Counted from the stretch's first letter, positions 12,431 through 25,953 are shown. The stretch is DNA of 64,000 bases from Octopus sinensis (GCF_006345805.1 NC_043026.1:8122001-8186000), one strand, 5' to 3'. The notes: generated by a model from the sequence alone, not told the origin. A program made the numbers and translations.

Positions 12431-13424
12431 TCTTTATCTATCCGTCTATATGAGTGTGTGCATCTATCTACATGAATGTATATGTGCTTATCTCCAGCGT
12501 GTGTTTCATCATGCACCAGTGCATGATGGGATACGTCTCTGGGGGTGGGGGTTGCTTTGTCAATGAATTGAACCCTCATACATTACAAATACTCACATAA
12601 ATCATATCTGTACTTATGTAGGTCAGAAGGTTATGCATGGATGTTTCTATGTATGTATATGTTTATGAATGAATGTATGTACGTGGGCGTATGTATATAT
12701 ACTCTCTTTTACTCTTTTACTTATTTCAGTCATTTGACTGCGACCATGCTGGAGCACCGCCTTTTAGTCAAGCAAATCAACCCTGGGACTTATTCTTTGT
12801 AAGCCTAGTACTTATTCTATCGGTCCCTTTTGCCGAACCGCTGAGTGACGGGGACATAAACACACCAGCATCGGTTGTCAAGCAATGCTAGGAGGACAAA
12901 CACAGACAAACACACATACACACATACACATATATACATATATACGACGGGCTACTTTCCAGTTTCCGTCCACCAAATCCACCTTTTAGTCCAGGACTTA
13001 TTCATTGTAAGCCTTTGTGATTTCTTTGCAGCTTTATTAATGAAGCATATTACTCTGCCTCCAGTATTTGAGTACTATTTTTCCCACCTTGTTTCACATT
13101 TATGTTCTTACTCTGGCATATGTGTGTATAATATATATATATATATGAATAATGAATTCCAGTGTTACATAATCACGCTTTGATGTAATACTTTGGTGAA
13201 TTTGTTTGGTTTTTCTTACTAAGGAGGAAAATATTTAAGAATTTCAAATAGCCCAGATCTCTTTGATCAAAATTCCTTTGATTTATATCTGAATACTCAA
13301 ACTAGGGCAACCATATCAACAGGGGTAAAGAAACAGACACATGAAGGAAGTGAGGTGGGTGAGGCAGAAGGGGAAAAAGAAAAAGGAGGGGATAAAATTA
13401 TGAGTTGTATTCAGTTAAGTGTAT

Positions 13425-13794
13425 GCAGGCGTGAATGGCCCAGTGGTTAGGGCAGCGGACTCGCGGTCGTAGGATCGCGGTTTCGATTCCCAGACCGGGC
13501 GTTGTGAGTGTTTATTGAGCGAAAACACCTAAAAGCTCCACGAGTCTCTGGCAGGGGATGGTGGTGATCCCTGCTGTACTCTTTCACCACAACTTTCTCT
13601 CACTCTTACTTCCTGTTTCTGTTGTACCTGTATTTCAAGGGACCGGCCTTGTCACTCTCTGTGTCACACTGAATATCCCGAGAACTACGTTAAGGGTACA
13701 CGTGTCTGTGGAGTGCTCAGCCACTTACACGTTAATTTCATGAGCAGGCTGTTCCAAACCCTCGTCGTCGTAACCGACGGAGTGCTTCCATCCA
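13425..13794 (+). mobile_element. SINE family B, long-tail variant
   Basis: same head as 2241; body and tail match 34692-35077. Confidence 0.85.
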
Positions 13795-14937
13795 TGCAGG
13801 TGGGAAGACAGAAAGAATTAAAAATAAAAATTTAACTCTGAGGAATACTGGGAAGAGAGAAAGAGAAAAGCTAGAATGTATTAACGATGAAACGTTGATG
13901 GAAGGTGAGAACTCCAACTCCATGTCCACCTGTGCGAGATATCCTTCACAAGCACTGCCCAATCATCCGGCACAATCTTTTGGTTGTTCTAGAATGATTA
14001 ATGCCCTGAAGTCTAAGCAACAAGACAATCCTAGGAACAGTAATGCAAAATTGCCTGAAGAAGTATGCATGTGGTAGTAATGGACTCCCCTAGGGTTCAT
14101 GGATATTATAAATACTTGATAATATTGTATAAATACTTGTATAATATTGTATAGGTGTGACATGTATCCCATAAAAATACATGTCATGCCGAAACATATG
14201 TAGCAATATATTAATAAAAACATAAAAATCTTCATCTGTGAAATATTTCTCGTTTTATATATATATATCATGTGATCACGTGACCGACCAGGCTATCAGG
14301 TGTTGCTACACATCGCTGGTCACAATGCGCTTCGCATTGTTTTAGTCTTCAAATGACGCCACCCCGCTGGCTAAGCGAGCAGGCCAACAGGAGAAAGAGT
14401 GAGAGAAAGTTATGGCGAAAGAGTACAGCAGGGATTGCCACCACCCACTGCCGGAGCCTCATGGAGCTTTAGGTCTTTTTGCTCAATAAACACACACAAC
14501 ATCCAGTCTGGGAATCGAAACCGCGATCCTACGACTGCGAGTCCGCTGCCCTAACCACTGGGCCATTGTGCCTCCACATATATATATATTATTTATTTTT
14601 TATGTTTTGGTTTATGTCTATCACTGTTTGAGTTGCATAATAGTGCTTTTATCTCTAATTTATATTTTATATTGTGAAATTTGACTTCATACTAAATTAA
14701 ATTTTTCCCTGTACGTTTGGAGTTATACTCCCTAATATTATATATATAATCCTGTATTTCAAAGATCCAGCCTTGTTATATTGTGTCATGCTGAATCTCT
14801 CTGAAAACTATGTTAAAGGTACATCTGTCTGTGGTGCACTCAGCCACTGGAAAATGAATTTCACAAGCAGGCTGTTCGATTGATCAAATCAACTAGAACA
14901 CTTATTGTCATAATCAACAAAAAGCAAGGTCATATAT

Positions 14938-14987
<50 letters not shown>

Positions 14988-15783
14988 TATATAAAATACA
15001 CCAGTGTGTGTGTGTGTTGTGTCTGTTCACTTTAAATGCGGAAACGTCTGCACAAATTGCTTTTCATATTTGGGATGTATGAATAATTTGACGTCAGATA
15101 CTAATTAGTCTCTTCAGTTGTATTTTTTTTTAATTAAAAATAAATAACATTGCTTTCTAAATATGATTCGCTTATTTTTTTAAAAGGGTTTCTTGACGTC
15201 AACTTCTGGTATCGACATAGCAACGACAAAATTTTCCATTTTCATTTGCAAAACCTCTCTGTCTGTTTCAATGTTTTCCTTTCAAGCTTAGATTCACTAT
15301 TTGCAAACGACTACGATAAATTACTGATTAAATCCATATTATTTTTACCAAGTTCACAAAGTTCGCTTGGATCTGCTCACTTTGTTAATTTCCATAAAAA
15401 GTTTTCTATTTATTTACTTTTTATGCGCAGTGTTCAGCTCTGTGTATTTGCTGTCAGTAATAATTATAATTCATAGAAATGGTTGAGTGAAAGGGCAATT
15501 CTTGCTCCAAAAACTGAGACAGTAGCAAGGATTAACCATGAATTCATGAATAAAATTCCAACAGTCATTAAGAAGTACAAATACACACGTGTATATATAT
15601 ATATATATATAATATATACATATAGGCGCAGGAATGGCTGTGTGGTAAGTAGCTTGCTAACCAACCACATGGTTCGGGTCAGTCCCACTGCGTGGCATCT
15701 TGGGCAAGTATCTTTGCTATAGCCTCGGGCCGACCAATGCCTTGTGAGTGGATTTGGTAGACGGAAACTGAAAGAAGCTGTCG

Positions 15784-15821
<38 letters not shown>

Positions 15822-16120
15822 ATATATGTGTGTGTGTTTGTGTGTCTGTGTTTTGTCCCCCTAGCATTGCTTGACAACCGATGCTGGTGTGTTACGTCCC
15901 CGTCACTTAGCGGTTCGGCAAAGAGACCGATAGAATAAGTACTGGGCTCGACTGAAGGCGGTGCTCCAGCATGGCCGCAGTCAAATGACTGAAACAAGTA
16001 AAAGAGAAAGAGATATATACACAAACACACATATACATACCCTTCTGTCCGGCATTTACTATGATAGATCACTAGCCACTGCACATTCTTTATTTTCCCT
16101 CCTTATTTCTTTCTGTGTTC

Positions 16121-16156
16121 CTTTCTGTGGAAGAGCATAGGCTCGAAATGTTAAAG
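16121..16156 (+). ncRNA. minimal hammerhead, U6 core variant (same family as 10567)
   Basis: CUUU CUGUGGA A GAGC-AUAG-GCUC GAAAU GUU^AAAG. Confidence 0.55.
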
Positions 16157-16358
16157 ACTCTTTCACTTCCCGAGCGTTAAACTAATACATCTGTTTGTTG
16201 TCTACACCACCTGTCTTCATCTTTTGTCGTTTTTGTGAATTCTCCCTATATATATATATAGTAAATCCCAAAAAAGAAAATGAACAAACACAAAATACAA
16301 CACAAGGATGTGGTACGTGTAAAGTATTAGCAGACACTCAGGGAAGGAAAGAAAGATT

Positions 16359-16394
16359 GTTTAACGTTTCGAGTGAACGCTCTTCTTCGGAAAC
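16359..16394 (-). ncRNA. minimal hammerhead, C4 variant
   Basis: GUUU CCGAAGA A GAG-CGUUCA-CUC GAAAC GUU^AAAC. Confidence 0.65.
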
Positions 16395-16699
16395 AGAGGA
16401 AAGTCCAATAGAAAAAGAAGACGGAGGAAGAAAATCACCAACAATTCACATGTGATGGGTTGGACTTCTTTCAATTTCTACCTTGCAGAGTTGCCCACAA
16501 GACCTTGGTCAATTGAGGGCAATAGCAAAAGACACATGTTTAAGGTGTCATGCTGTGGAACTGAACCCAAAACCTTGTGGCTGGGAAGCAAACTTCTTAC
16601 CACATAGCTATCCCTTCCCAAGTTTTTTAAAAATTAAAAGAAAAAGAAAATTATTTGCAGACCCTTCTTTTTGAAAACAAAGTAGATGCTTATAGGGGA

Positions 16700-17620
16700 T
16701 TTAGCTGGTATTTCTAGCTGTTTGAACTATCACAAGGGGGCTCTTTTGTTGGCTTGTGGTGATAGTGGTGATTGTGACAGCTGTGGTGTTGGTGGTAGTT
16801 CTTGGTGTGGTAGCAGTGCTTGTAGTAAATGTGGTGGTACCACAAGAGAGGTGGGGGTTCTAGTGAGTGCTGGGGTTGGGGGCTGCGGTGGTGGTTTTTG
16901 TAGCTGCAGTGTTTAGGCTGTGGTAGTGGTGATGGTAGTACCGGAAGGGTGGTACCCCATTGGTATAAGCTGTAAAGGTAGTGGTGGTGTGGTGGCAGTA
17001 GTTGTAGTAGAGGTGATAGTGGCAGTTGTAACAGAAATGTTGCGAAGGTGTCATTGCAGTTGTTGATAGTGATGGTGGTGGTGGTGGTGCTGGTGGTGGT
17101 GGTGGTGCTGGCTTTGGTTTCAGTCAACGTGTTATGGTGGTGGAGGTGGTAGTAATATTGCTGGTGGCGGTTGTAGTTGAGGTGGTGGTGGTGGTGGTTT
17201 TGGTTGCAGTTGATGTATTGTGATGGTGGTGGTGGTGGTGGTAATAAAGATGACATGCTGATATTTGAGATGTGGTGGTAGTGGTGGTGGTGGTGATGAT
17301 GGTGGTAGTGGTGATCGTGGTGATGATGGTGGTGGTGGTGGTGGTGGTATTGGTGGTGGTGGTGGTGGTGATTGTGGTGGTGATGGTGGTGGTGGTGTTG
17401 TGTGTAGTAGTAATTGTGGTGGTGATGGTAGTGGATGTGGTAGTAGTCACATGTGTGGTGCTAGTAGTAGTAGTTACAGTGGTTGTAGTAGTAGTAGCAG
17501 AAGTGGTTGTGGTGATGGCTGTTGTCCTTGAAGTTCTTTTGTTGCTGCTGCAGACATAGTTGAAGTTGTTGATGGGTAGTAGTAGTAGTGGTGGTGGTGT
17601 CGGTGATGGTTGGGGTGGTA
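16700..17620. repeat. degenerate (GGT)n/(GTA)n tract
   Basis: direct reading. Confidence 0.9.
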
Positions 17621-17898
17621 GCGGAGGGTAAGTCACCTTCAAAAATGTAAGTCATTGGGTGGGGGTGGGGGAGTGGGGTGGGGGTGTTTTATTTATTTTT
17701 TTTTTTTTTCTTCTGCAAACTGACCTCAGCTGACTGGGACCCGTATTGGGTGAGATTCGGGTGGGTGGCGGTGGGATGGGTGTCGTGGGGGCTGATAGCC
17801 ACGGTGCATGCATGCATGCACCGCTTCTCTATGTCATGTTTGTGTATGTGTGGTGGAGTGGGCAGGACGGAGGGGGCAGACACAAGAGCCGGTCCACA

Positions 17899-18479
17899 AT
17901 TACCTATTTCTTTACTACCCACAAGGGGACAAACAAGGACAGACATAGGTATTAAGTCAATTACATCGACCCCAGTGCGTAACTGGTACTTAATTTATCG
18001 ACCCCGAAAGGATGAAGGCAAAGTCGACCTCGGCCGGAATTTGAACTCAGAACGTAACGGCAGACGAAATACCTATTTCTTTACTACCCACAAGGGGCTA
18101 AACACAGAGAGGACAAACAGGACGGACAAACGGATTAAGTCAATTATATCCACACCAGCGCTTAACTACTTATTTAATCGACCCCCTGAAGGATGAAAGG
18201 CAAAGTCGACCTCGGCAGAGTTTGAACTCAGAACGTAACGGCAGACGAAATACCTATTTCTTTACTACCCACAAGGGGCTAAACACAGAGAGGACAAACA
18301 GGGACGGACAAACGGATTAAGTCAATTATATCCACACCAGCGCTTAACTACTTATTTAATCGACCCCCTGAAGGATGAAAGGCAAAGTCGACCTCGGCAG
18401 AGTTTGAACTCAGAACGTAACAGCAGACGAAATACGGCTACGCATTTCACCCGGCGTGCTAACGTTTCTGCCAGCTCGC
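17899..18479 (-). mobile_element. SINE family C tandem array (3 units)
   Basis: head-truncated units joined at gaaa/tacc. Confidence 0.85.
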
Positions 18480-19531
18480 GGTCAACAATTACCGCCAGAT
18501 GTATCCGTCGTCGTCGTCATTGACGTCACCGTCGTCGTCGTCATTGACGTCACCGTCGTTCTCGTCAGCAGCAGCAGCAGCAGCAACATCTTTGCCAGTC
18601 ATGTTGTCTGCCTGCCTGTCTGTTGTTATAAGCTTCATTGTGTGTGTGTGGGTGTGGGGGGTGAGGGGGGAGAGATGAAAGTTAATTAGTGACCACCCAT
18701 AAGACATATACTAAGTCTATTGTTCCTTAGAAGAGGAGAGAGAACGGAAAAAAATGAAGAGGAAGAGAGAGAGATTGATGTTAGCTTCAGGCGCTGGTTA
18801 ATGGTTAATGTCTTATCGTTAATGTTGGTACATTCTTTCTTTTCTTTTCTTTTCACTTGTTTCAGTCATTTTGACTGCGGCCATGCTGGAGCACCGCCTT
18901 TAATCGAGCAACTCGACCCCGGCACTTGTTCTTTTGTATCACTCCAGACACCATGCTTTCTCTCTGCTTTCTCTTCTTCATTTCTTTTCTCCATTTTTTT
19001 TCTCTCCTCTCTTTTCCTTTCCTTTCCTTCTCTTCTCTATTTTGCTTCTTTTACTTAACCTGATACATTTTGATCTTATTTGATCGACTTAACGGTCGAA
19101 GTGAAGAGATCCATCTCCCGAGTCTCTCGGTACATGTTTGTATTGGAGTTTCTGGTACTTCTGGTATTGGAGTTTTCATTGTTTCATATTGGAGCTTCTG
19201 GCTTGCATGCCAAGCAGTACAGCATATCGTTTCCAAATTTCTGTCAAAATAAATTGTGTTTTGGTGCTATTTTTCTCACAGATGGTGCCCAACTGACCCT
19301 ACTATACTGTGACAATTCACCCGTCGCACCCTGTATACACACACACATATTTACTTCATCATCATCATCATCATTTAACATCCGTTTTCCATGCTAGCAT
19401 GGGTTGGACAGTAGGATGGATGTATATATAAACATTATATATATATATATATATACACACACATACATACATATATATATATATGCACCTGAGTGCACCT
19501 GAGCACTGTATGCAATAATTTCATTATTATT

Positions 19532-19561
<30 letters not shown>

Positions 19562-19562
<1 letters not shown>

Positions 19563-19973
19563 AGCAATAATAAATCTCTGAACGAGGTATAAACAGTAAC
19601 TGCACGACAATGTGAAGTATATTTGCCATCTAAATACGGCTAACCACTAAGGGTGGGTGTCACTGTAGCTTGTAGCCCCAGGAGAGCATCGTCTCCAGCT
19701 GGCTTTAGGCACACTTTATGTGCCCTATCGGTATTTGCAAAGGGAGGTCATCCTTCCCTCGTCAACCTAAGTGATACGCACGGACTGCAGTTTCTGGGTA
19801 TTGACCCGTCATCAGCGTACGACAATCACCGGTTTTCGATGAAAGGGGTCCCAATGCAAATATTTATATCCTTTTTCCAGTAACTTTTCATCACTGATCT
19901 TGAAAAAGTGTATACAAGCAATAATAAATCTCTGAACGAGGTATAAACAGTAGCTGCACGACAATGTGAGGTA
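19562..19973 (-). mobile_element. hammerhead-containing small retroelement (retrozyme/Penelope pLTR-like), 354-bp unit plus 58-bp terminal redundancy
   Basis: aagcaataataaatctctgaacgagg...gtga(a/g)gta at 19562 and 19916; TA-repeat at the left flank; hammerhead at 19777-19821; relatives at 2545-2788 and 23615-23671. Confidence 0.7.
19777..19821 (-). ncRNA. canonical minimal type I hammerhead ribozyme
   Basis: CGUACG CUGAUGA C GGGU-CAAU-ACCC A GAAAC UGCA GUC^CGUGCG; 6-bp stem I, palindromic stem III ACUGCAGU. Confidence 0.85.
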
Positions 19974-19985
19974 ATATACATATTA

Positions 19986-20748
19986 CTCTTTTACTCTTTT
20001 ACTCGTTTCAGTCATTTGACTGTGGCCATGCTGGAGCACTGCCTTTCATCGTGCAACTCGACCCCGGGACTTATTCTTTTGTAAGCCTAGTACTTAATCT
20101 ATCGGTCTCTTTTTGCTGAACCGTTAAGTGACGGGGACATAAACACACCAGCATCGGTTGTCAAGCAATGTTGGATGGGACAAACACAGACACACAAACA
20201 CACACGCACACATATATATATATCATCATCATCATCATCATCATCATCGTTTAACGTCCGCTTTCCATGCTAGCATGGGTTGGACGGTTCAACTGGGGTC
20301 TGGCAAGCCCGAAGGCTGCACCAGGCCAGTCAGATCTGGCAGTGTTTCTACAGCTGGATGCCCTTCCTAACGCCAACCACTCCGAGAGTGTAGTGGGTGA
20401 TTTTATGTGCCACCGACACAGGTGCCAGGCTAGGCTGGCAGACGGCCACGCTCGGATGGTGTTTTTTATGTGCCACCTACACAGGTGCCAGACGAGGCTG
20501 GCAGACGGCCACGCTTGGATGGTGTTTTTTATGTGCCACCGACACAGGTGCCAGATGAGGCTGGCAGATGGCCACGCTCATATAGGATGGGCTTTTTTCA
20601 GTTTCCGTCTACCAAATCCACTCACAAGGCATTGGTCGGCCCGAGGCTATAGCAGAAGACACTTGCCCAAGGTGCCACGCAGTGGGACTGAACCCGGAAC
20701 CATGTGGTTGGTAACCAAGCTACTTACCACACAGCCACTCCTGCGCCT
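19986..20748 (-). mobile_element. SINE family A split by a family D element (20222-20580) inserted in its internal microsatellite
   Basis: 3' half 19986-20215 and 5' half 20590-20748 are collinear with the intact copies. Confidence 0.8.
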
Positions 20749-21120
20749 ATATATATATATAGGTATACATATTTACACAGACACACATGGAGGTGTTTCT
20801 TTTCATAGAGCATGTATTGAAAGACAGCTATAATCACATGCGTTCCTTTATACGTATAAAAATTTGGCCCCTGCCCCCCCGGAGTGACCAAGCTGTTACA
20901 TTGACCAAACGACCACATAAAACAGACAGACATACAAAGCCAAATGTACAAATAACTGGCATACCAACGATAATATCGCATCTCCCACAAACGAACTCTT
21001 TGGATCATGTTTCGTTACCTGAGAAGTGCATATAATACCATCTACTTTTGCTACAGTCATTCCTCCATTCTCTAATTACAATCGATTAATAGTGGCTAGA
21101 GGTGCAGTGAGGGAATGTTA

Positions 21121-21616
21121 TCTTTATATATAAAAGTCAAGTTGTGTGTCTGTCTGTCTACTACGATTTAGATTCCTAACTACTCCCACATTTTGCGGTG
21201 CAGTTTAACCAAAACCGGGTATCTTATAGTCGTGATTCATATCGACGTATTAGCGCGTGTCTACGATGAGTCTACGATTTAAAAAAAAATTTACCATCAA
21301 TTTTTTTAATATTTTAATGCATTTTTTTTGCTATTATATAAGGGAAGTAACTCTCTAAAAATGTCTACGATGAGTCAACGATTTAAAAAAAATTTACCAT
21401 AATTGTTTCTATATTTTAATGCATTTTTTCGCTATTATATAAGGGAAGTAACTCTCTAAAAATGTCTACGATGAGTCAACGATTTAAAAAAAATTTACCA
21501 TAATTTTTTTTCCGTTTTTAATGCATTTTTTTGCTATTTTTTGGCTATAACTCTCTAAAAATGCTTATATAGTTATTTCCCTTACAAACCCGAGCAACGC
21601 CGGGCGATACTGCTAG
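21121..21616 (+). mobile_element. non-autonomous Helitron
   Basis: A|TC 5' end, 3' hairpin cccgagcaacgccggg plus CTAG|T, no TSD; empty site in the paralogous flank at 22020-22021; internal ~102-bp x3 repeat; 5' fragment also at 38190-38291 (-). Confidence 0.9.
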
Positions 21617-22694
21617 TTTGAAATAATTCTGTAATTTTGCTTGTCTCATTCGGTATTTGTTGATGTTGTGCGATAGGCACAAGGCCTGAAGTCTTGGGCA
21701 AGGGGATGAATCTATATACATCGACCCCAACTATCAACTGGTGCTTGATTTATTGACCCCCGAAAGGATAAAAGGTAAAGTCGACCTTGGCAGGATTTGA
21801 ACTCAGAACATAACGTCGGTCAAAATACCGCAAAGCATTTCATCCAGCACACAAAATAATAACAACAGCATTAATAATGATTATGATGATAATAATAATA
21901 ATAATAATAATAATAATTCTTTCTACTAAAGGCGCAAGGCTTGAAATTTTGGAGCTACAGTCGTTCCTCCATTGTCTAATTACAATCAATTAATAGTGGC
22001 TAGAGGGCGGGTGGAATGTTATTTGAAATAATTCTCTAATTTTGCTTGTCCCATTCTGTATTTGTTGATGTTGTTTATTTGATCTGCCTAAGCTAATACT
22101 AATCCTTTCTGCGATAGGCACAAGGACTGAAGTCTTGGGCAAGGGGATGAATCTACATACATCGACCCCAATGAGTGCTTGATTTTTTGACCCCCGAAAG
22201 GATAAAAGGTAAAGTCGACTTCGGCAGGATTTGAACTCAGAACATAACGATGGGCAAAATACCACAAAGCATTTCATCATCATTGTTTAATGTCCGTTTT
22301 CCATGCTAGCATGGGTTGGACGGTTCAACTGGGGTCTGGGAAGCCAGAAGGCTGCACCAGGCCCAGTTTGATCTGGCAGTGTTTCTACAGCTGGATGTCC
22401 TTCCTAACGCCAGCCACTCCATGAGTGTAGTGGGTGCTTTTTATGTGCCACCTACACAGGTGCCAGACAAGGCTGGCAACGGCCACAATCGGATGGTGCT
22501 TTTTACGTTCCACCGGCACGGGGGCCAGACGAGGCTGGCAACGGCCACAATCGGATGGTGCTTTTTACGTTCCACCAGCACGGAGGCCAGTCAGGACGGC
22601 GCTGGCAACGGATGGTTCTCTTACGTGCCACCGGCACTGGTATCACAGCTACACACGCAAAATAATAACAGCAGCAATAAAAATGATTATGATG

Positions 22695-22726
<32 letters not shown>

Positions 22727-23325
22727 CCTTTCTACTAAAGGCGCAAGGCCTGGAATTTGGGGGGTGGGGAAAGGACTAAGTCCCGTTACTTAGCGGTTTG
22801 GCAAAAGAGACCGATACAATAAGTACTGGGCTTACAAAAGAATAAGTCCCGGGGTTGAGTTGCTCGACTAAAGGCGGTGCTCCAGCGTGGCCGCAGTCAA
22901 ATGACTGAAACAAGTAGAAGAGAGTAAAGAGTGTCCTAACAACTCCGCCAGCTCACGACTTTAAAGATAGACATTAAATACTGATGATGATGGTTGTGTG
23001 TATTTGTGTGTGTTAATAATAATAGGAAGAAGATGAATTAGAAATAACGAAGGTATGGCTTATTAATTCATTCATTTATAGACACGTGTAATTGGAAAGG
23101 TCTTCAAACCATCGTAAGGAAATGAAACGGATTAAATTCTTTGATTAGCTTTGTCTGGGTTTTTTTTTTTTTCTTCTCTTTTTTTTGTATTGCTTTGTAG
23201 CCCTGAACAGTCAGTTTCTTTTCTTTGAATAAACTACGAAATGATACTTTCATTATGTTTGCTGCTTGATGGACGTGCTATAATGAACTCCTCCTCCTCC
23301 TCCTCCTCCTCCATGAACTACATTG

Positions 23326-23404
23326 GCTTACGGCTGTTTCTGCTGTACGATGCATCGCACTCATAGTCGAATGCTTGAGTATCACCTGATAGCTTCATCA
23401 GAGC
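23326..23404 (-). ncRNA. type I hammerhead with branched extended stem II
   Basis: GCU CUGAUGA A GCU...(three small hairpins)...AGC A GAAAC AGCC GUA^AGC. Confidence 0.6.
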
Positions 23405-24162
23405 TTCAAACATGAAGTGCTAATTTAATTGGGAAAGCAAGCACACACACACACACACACGAGCAAAAGCATTACCACCAGGTTATGAGTATCGCTATAC
23501 CAAAGTGAAATAATATATATACATATATATATAGGTGCAGGAGTGGCTGTGTGGTCAGAAGCTTGCTTCCCAATCGCATGGTTCCAATTTCAGTCCCGCT
23601 GCGTGACACCTTGGGCACCCTTCCCTCGTAAACCTAAGTGATACGCACGGACTGCAGTTCGTGCGTATCACATATATACACATATATATATCCGGTGAGC
23701 TGGCAGAAACGTTAGCGCGCCAGGCAAAATGCTTAGCGGTATTTCCTCTGCCATTATGTTCTGAGTTTAAATTCCGCTGAGGTCAATTTTGCCTTTCATC
23801 TTTTCGGGGTTAATAAATAAAGTACCAGTTTCACACTGGGGTCAATGTAATCGACTTAATCCGTTTGTCTGTCCTTGTTTATCCCCTCTATGTTTAGCCC
23901 CTTGTGGGCAGTAAAGAAATATATATATATATATCCTTTATCTTTTGTATATTTCAGTCCTTAGAGTGTGGCCATGTTGGGGCACCTACCTTACAGATCT
24001 TTTAGTCGAATGAATTGATCCCAGTACTTTCTTTTAAACCTGGTACTTACTGTAGTGGTCTTTCTTTGCTGAACTGCTAGGTTTATGGGGAAATAAACAA
24101 ACCAACACCAATTGTCAAGCAGTGGCGACGCACACAGTATATATATGTGTGTGTGTATGTAT

Positions 24163-24207
<45 letters not shown>

Positions 24208-25079
24208 ATGGACTTCTTTCAGTTTCCATCTGTCAAATTCACTTAGAAGGCTTTGGTTGACCCAAGACTATAGTAGAGGTTACTTGCCCAAGGTGTCTTC
24301 TAAACATATATATGTATATACAAACTGGGACAAGAACGCAAAACATTTAGAAGACGATATACAAAAAACACGGACGGGATATTCGAAGCCTTCAATCTTC
24401 AGTCAAGAACCGGATCATCCTCGCAATTTCAGCTGATTAACCCTTTCGATACCTATTTCTTTACTACCCACAAGGGGCTAAACACAGAGGGGACAAACAG
24501 ATTAAGTCAATTACATCGACCCCAGTGCGTAACTGGTACTTTATTTATTGACCCGGAAGGATGAAAGGCAAAGTCGACCTTGGTGGAATTTGAACTCAGA
24601 ACGTAACGGCAGACAAAATACGGCTACGCATTTTGCCTGGCGTGCTAATGTTTCTGCCAGCTCGCCGCCTTTATACACACACATAATTATATGAAAGTAC
24701 TTGTGTATGGATGTGTATGTGGAAATATCATAAGCAACAGCCTTTTACATCCGCCTTCCATGCTGGCATGGGTTAGACACAACAGAGATCGATGGATTCC
24801 TAGGTGGGTGGCCACGTAGAATGGAGAGACAGAGTGTCCTTTGTTGTCACCTCTGTCGTTCATAAAGTCATCACTGCTGCTGTTGTTGTTGTTGTTGTAT
24901 GTGGTAATTAGTAAGTGGTGTCATTTCAATGACATTTTCTGCTACACCCTGCTTTTTCTGAGGCTAATATCATGTATGCCTACCTACGCACATGCATGTA
25001 TGTGTGTGTGTGTGTGTGTGTTGTGAGTGTGTAGATATATCTGTTTGCGACTATGAGTACCTAGATTACATAATGACAT

Positions 25080-25164
25080 TTATATACTATATATATATAG
25101 TGTGTGTGTGTGTGTACATGTGTGTTTATATGTATTGTATATATCAAATACATATATTATGATG

Positions 25165-25199
<35 letters not shown>

Positions 25200-25452
25200 C
25201 ATATATAATATATATAATATTTATTATACATATATATATATATATATTAGAAGAAATGAGGTACTCAGAAATCGGATGGTTTATATTTACAGATATTACT
25301 GTTGTATATTACATCTTTTATACATCATATAACTTAGATCATGTATTAGCACTTTCTCCCATTCTAGTGGGGTTTTCAGATAAAAAAAAAATATATATAT
25401 ATATATTATTTATATATATATATATATATATATATTTATTTATATATATATA

Positions 25453-25491
<39 letters not shown>

Positions 25492-25528
25492 TATTTAGTT
25501 ATATATATATATATGTATTTATATATAT

Positions 25529-25595
<67 letters not shown>

Positions 25596-25850
25596 ACAAT
25601 ATATAGATACATAGATATTTATTATTTATATAATATATATTATATAGATAGATACATATATATTGTATTATTTATATATATATATATATATATCTATATT
25701 ATATTATTTATAGATATATAATATATATATATATTATATATATATATACAATATTGATAATATATTATAATATATTATATTTATATATATATATTACATA
25801 TATTACATATATAATATATATATTATATATATATATATACATATATATAG

Positions 25851-25899
<49 letters not shown>

Positions 25900-25911
25900 C
25901 ATATATATAGA

Positions 25912-25953
<42 letters not shown>

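Noticed and set aside
18489-18640. Acidic minus-strand ORF ending GYIWR, similar to the XKR exon end
   Set aside because: Wrong strand, built from GAC/GCT repeats and a short tandem duplication.
24365-24410. CUGAAGA...GAAU...GUC hammerhead near-match on -; similar near-matches at 2140-2200, 3015-3050 and 55150-55200
   Set aside because: Stem I or GAAA is missing; the 3015 case is a decayed SINE A segment.
24860-24960. Minus-strand ...ENVIEMTPLTNYHIQQQQQQQQ* as a terminal exon
   Set aside because: Weak acceptor, microsatellite-driven, and no partner exons.
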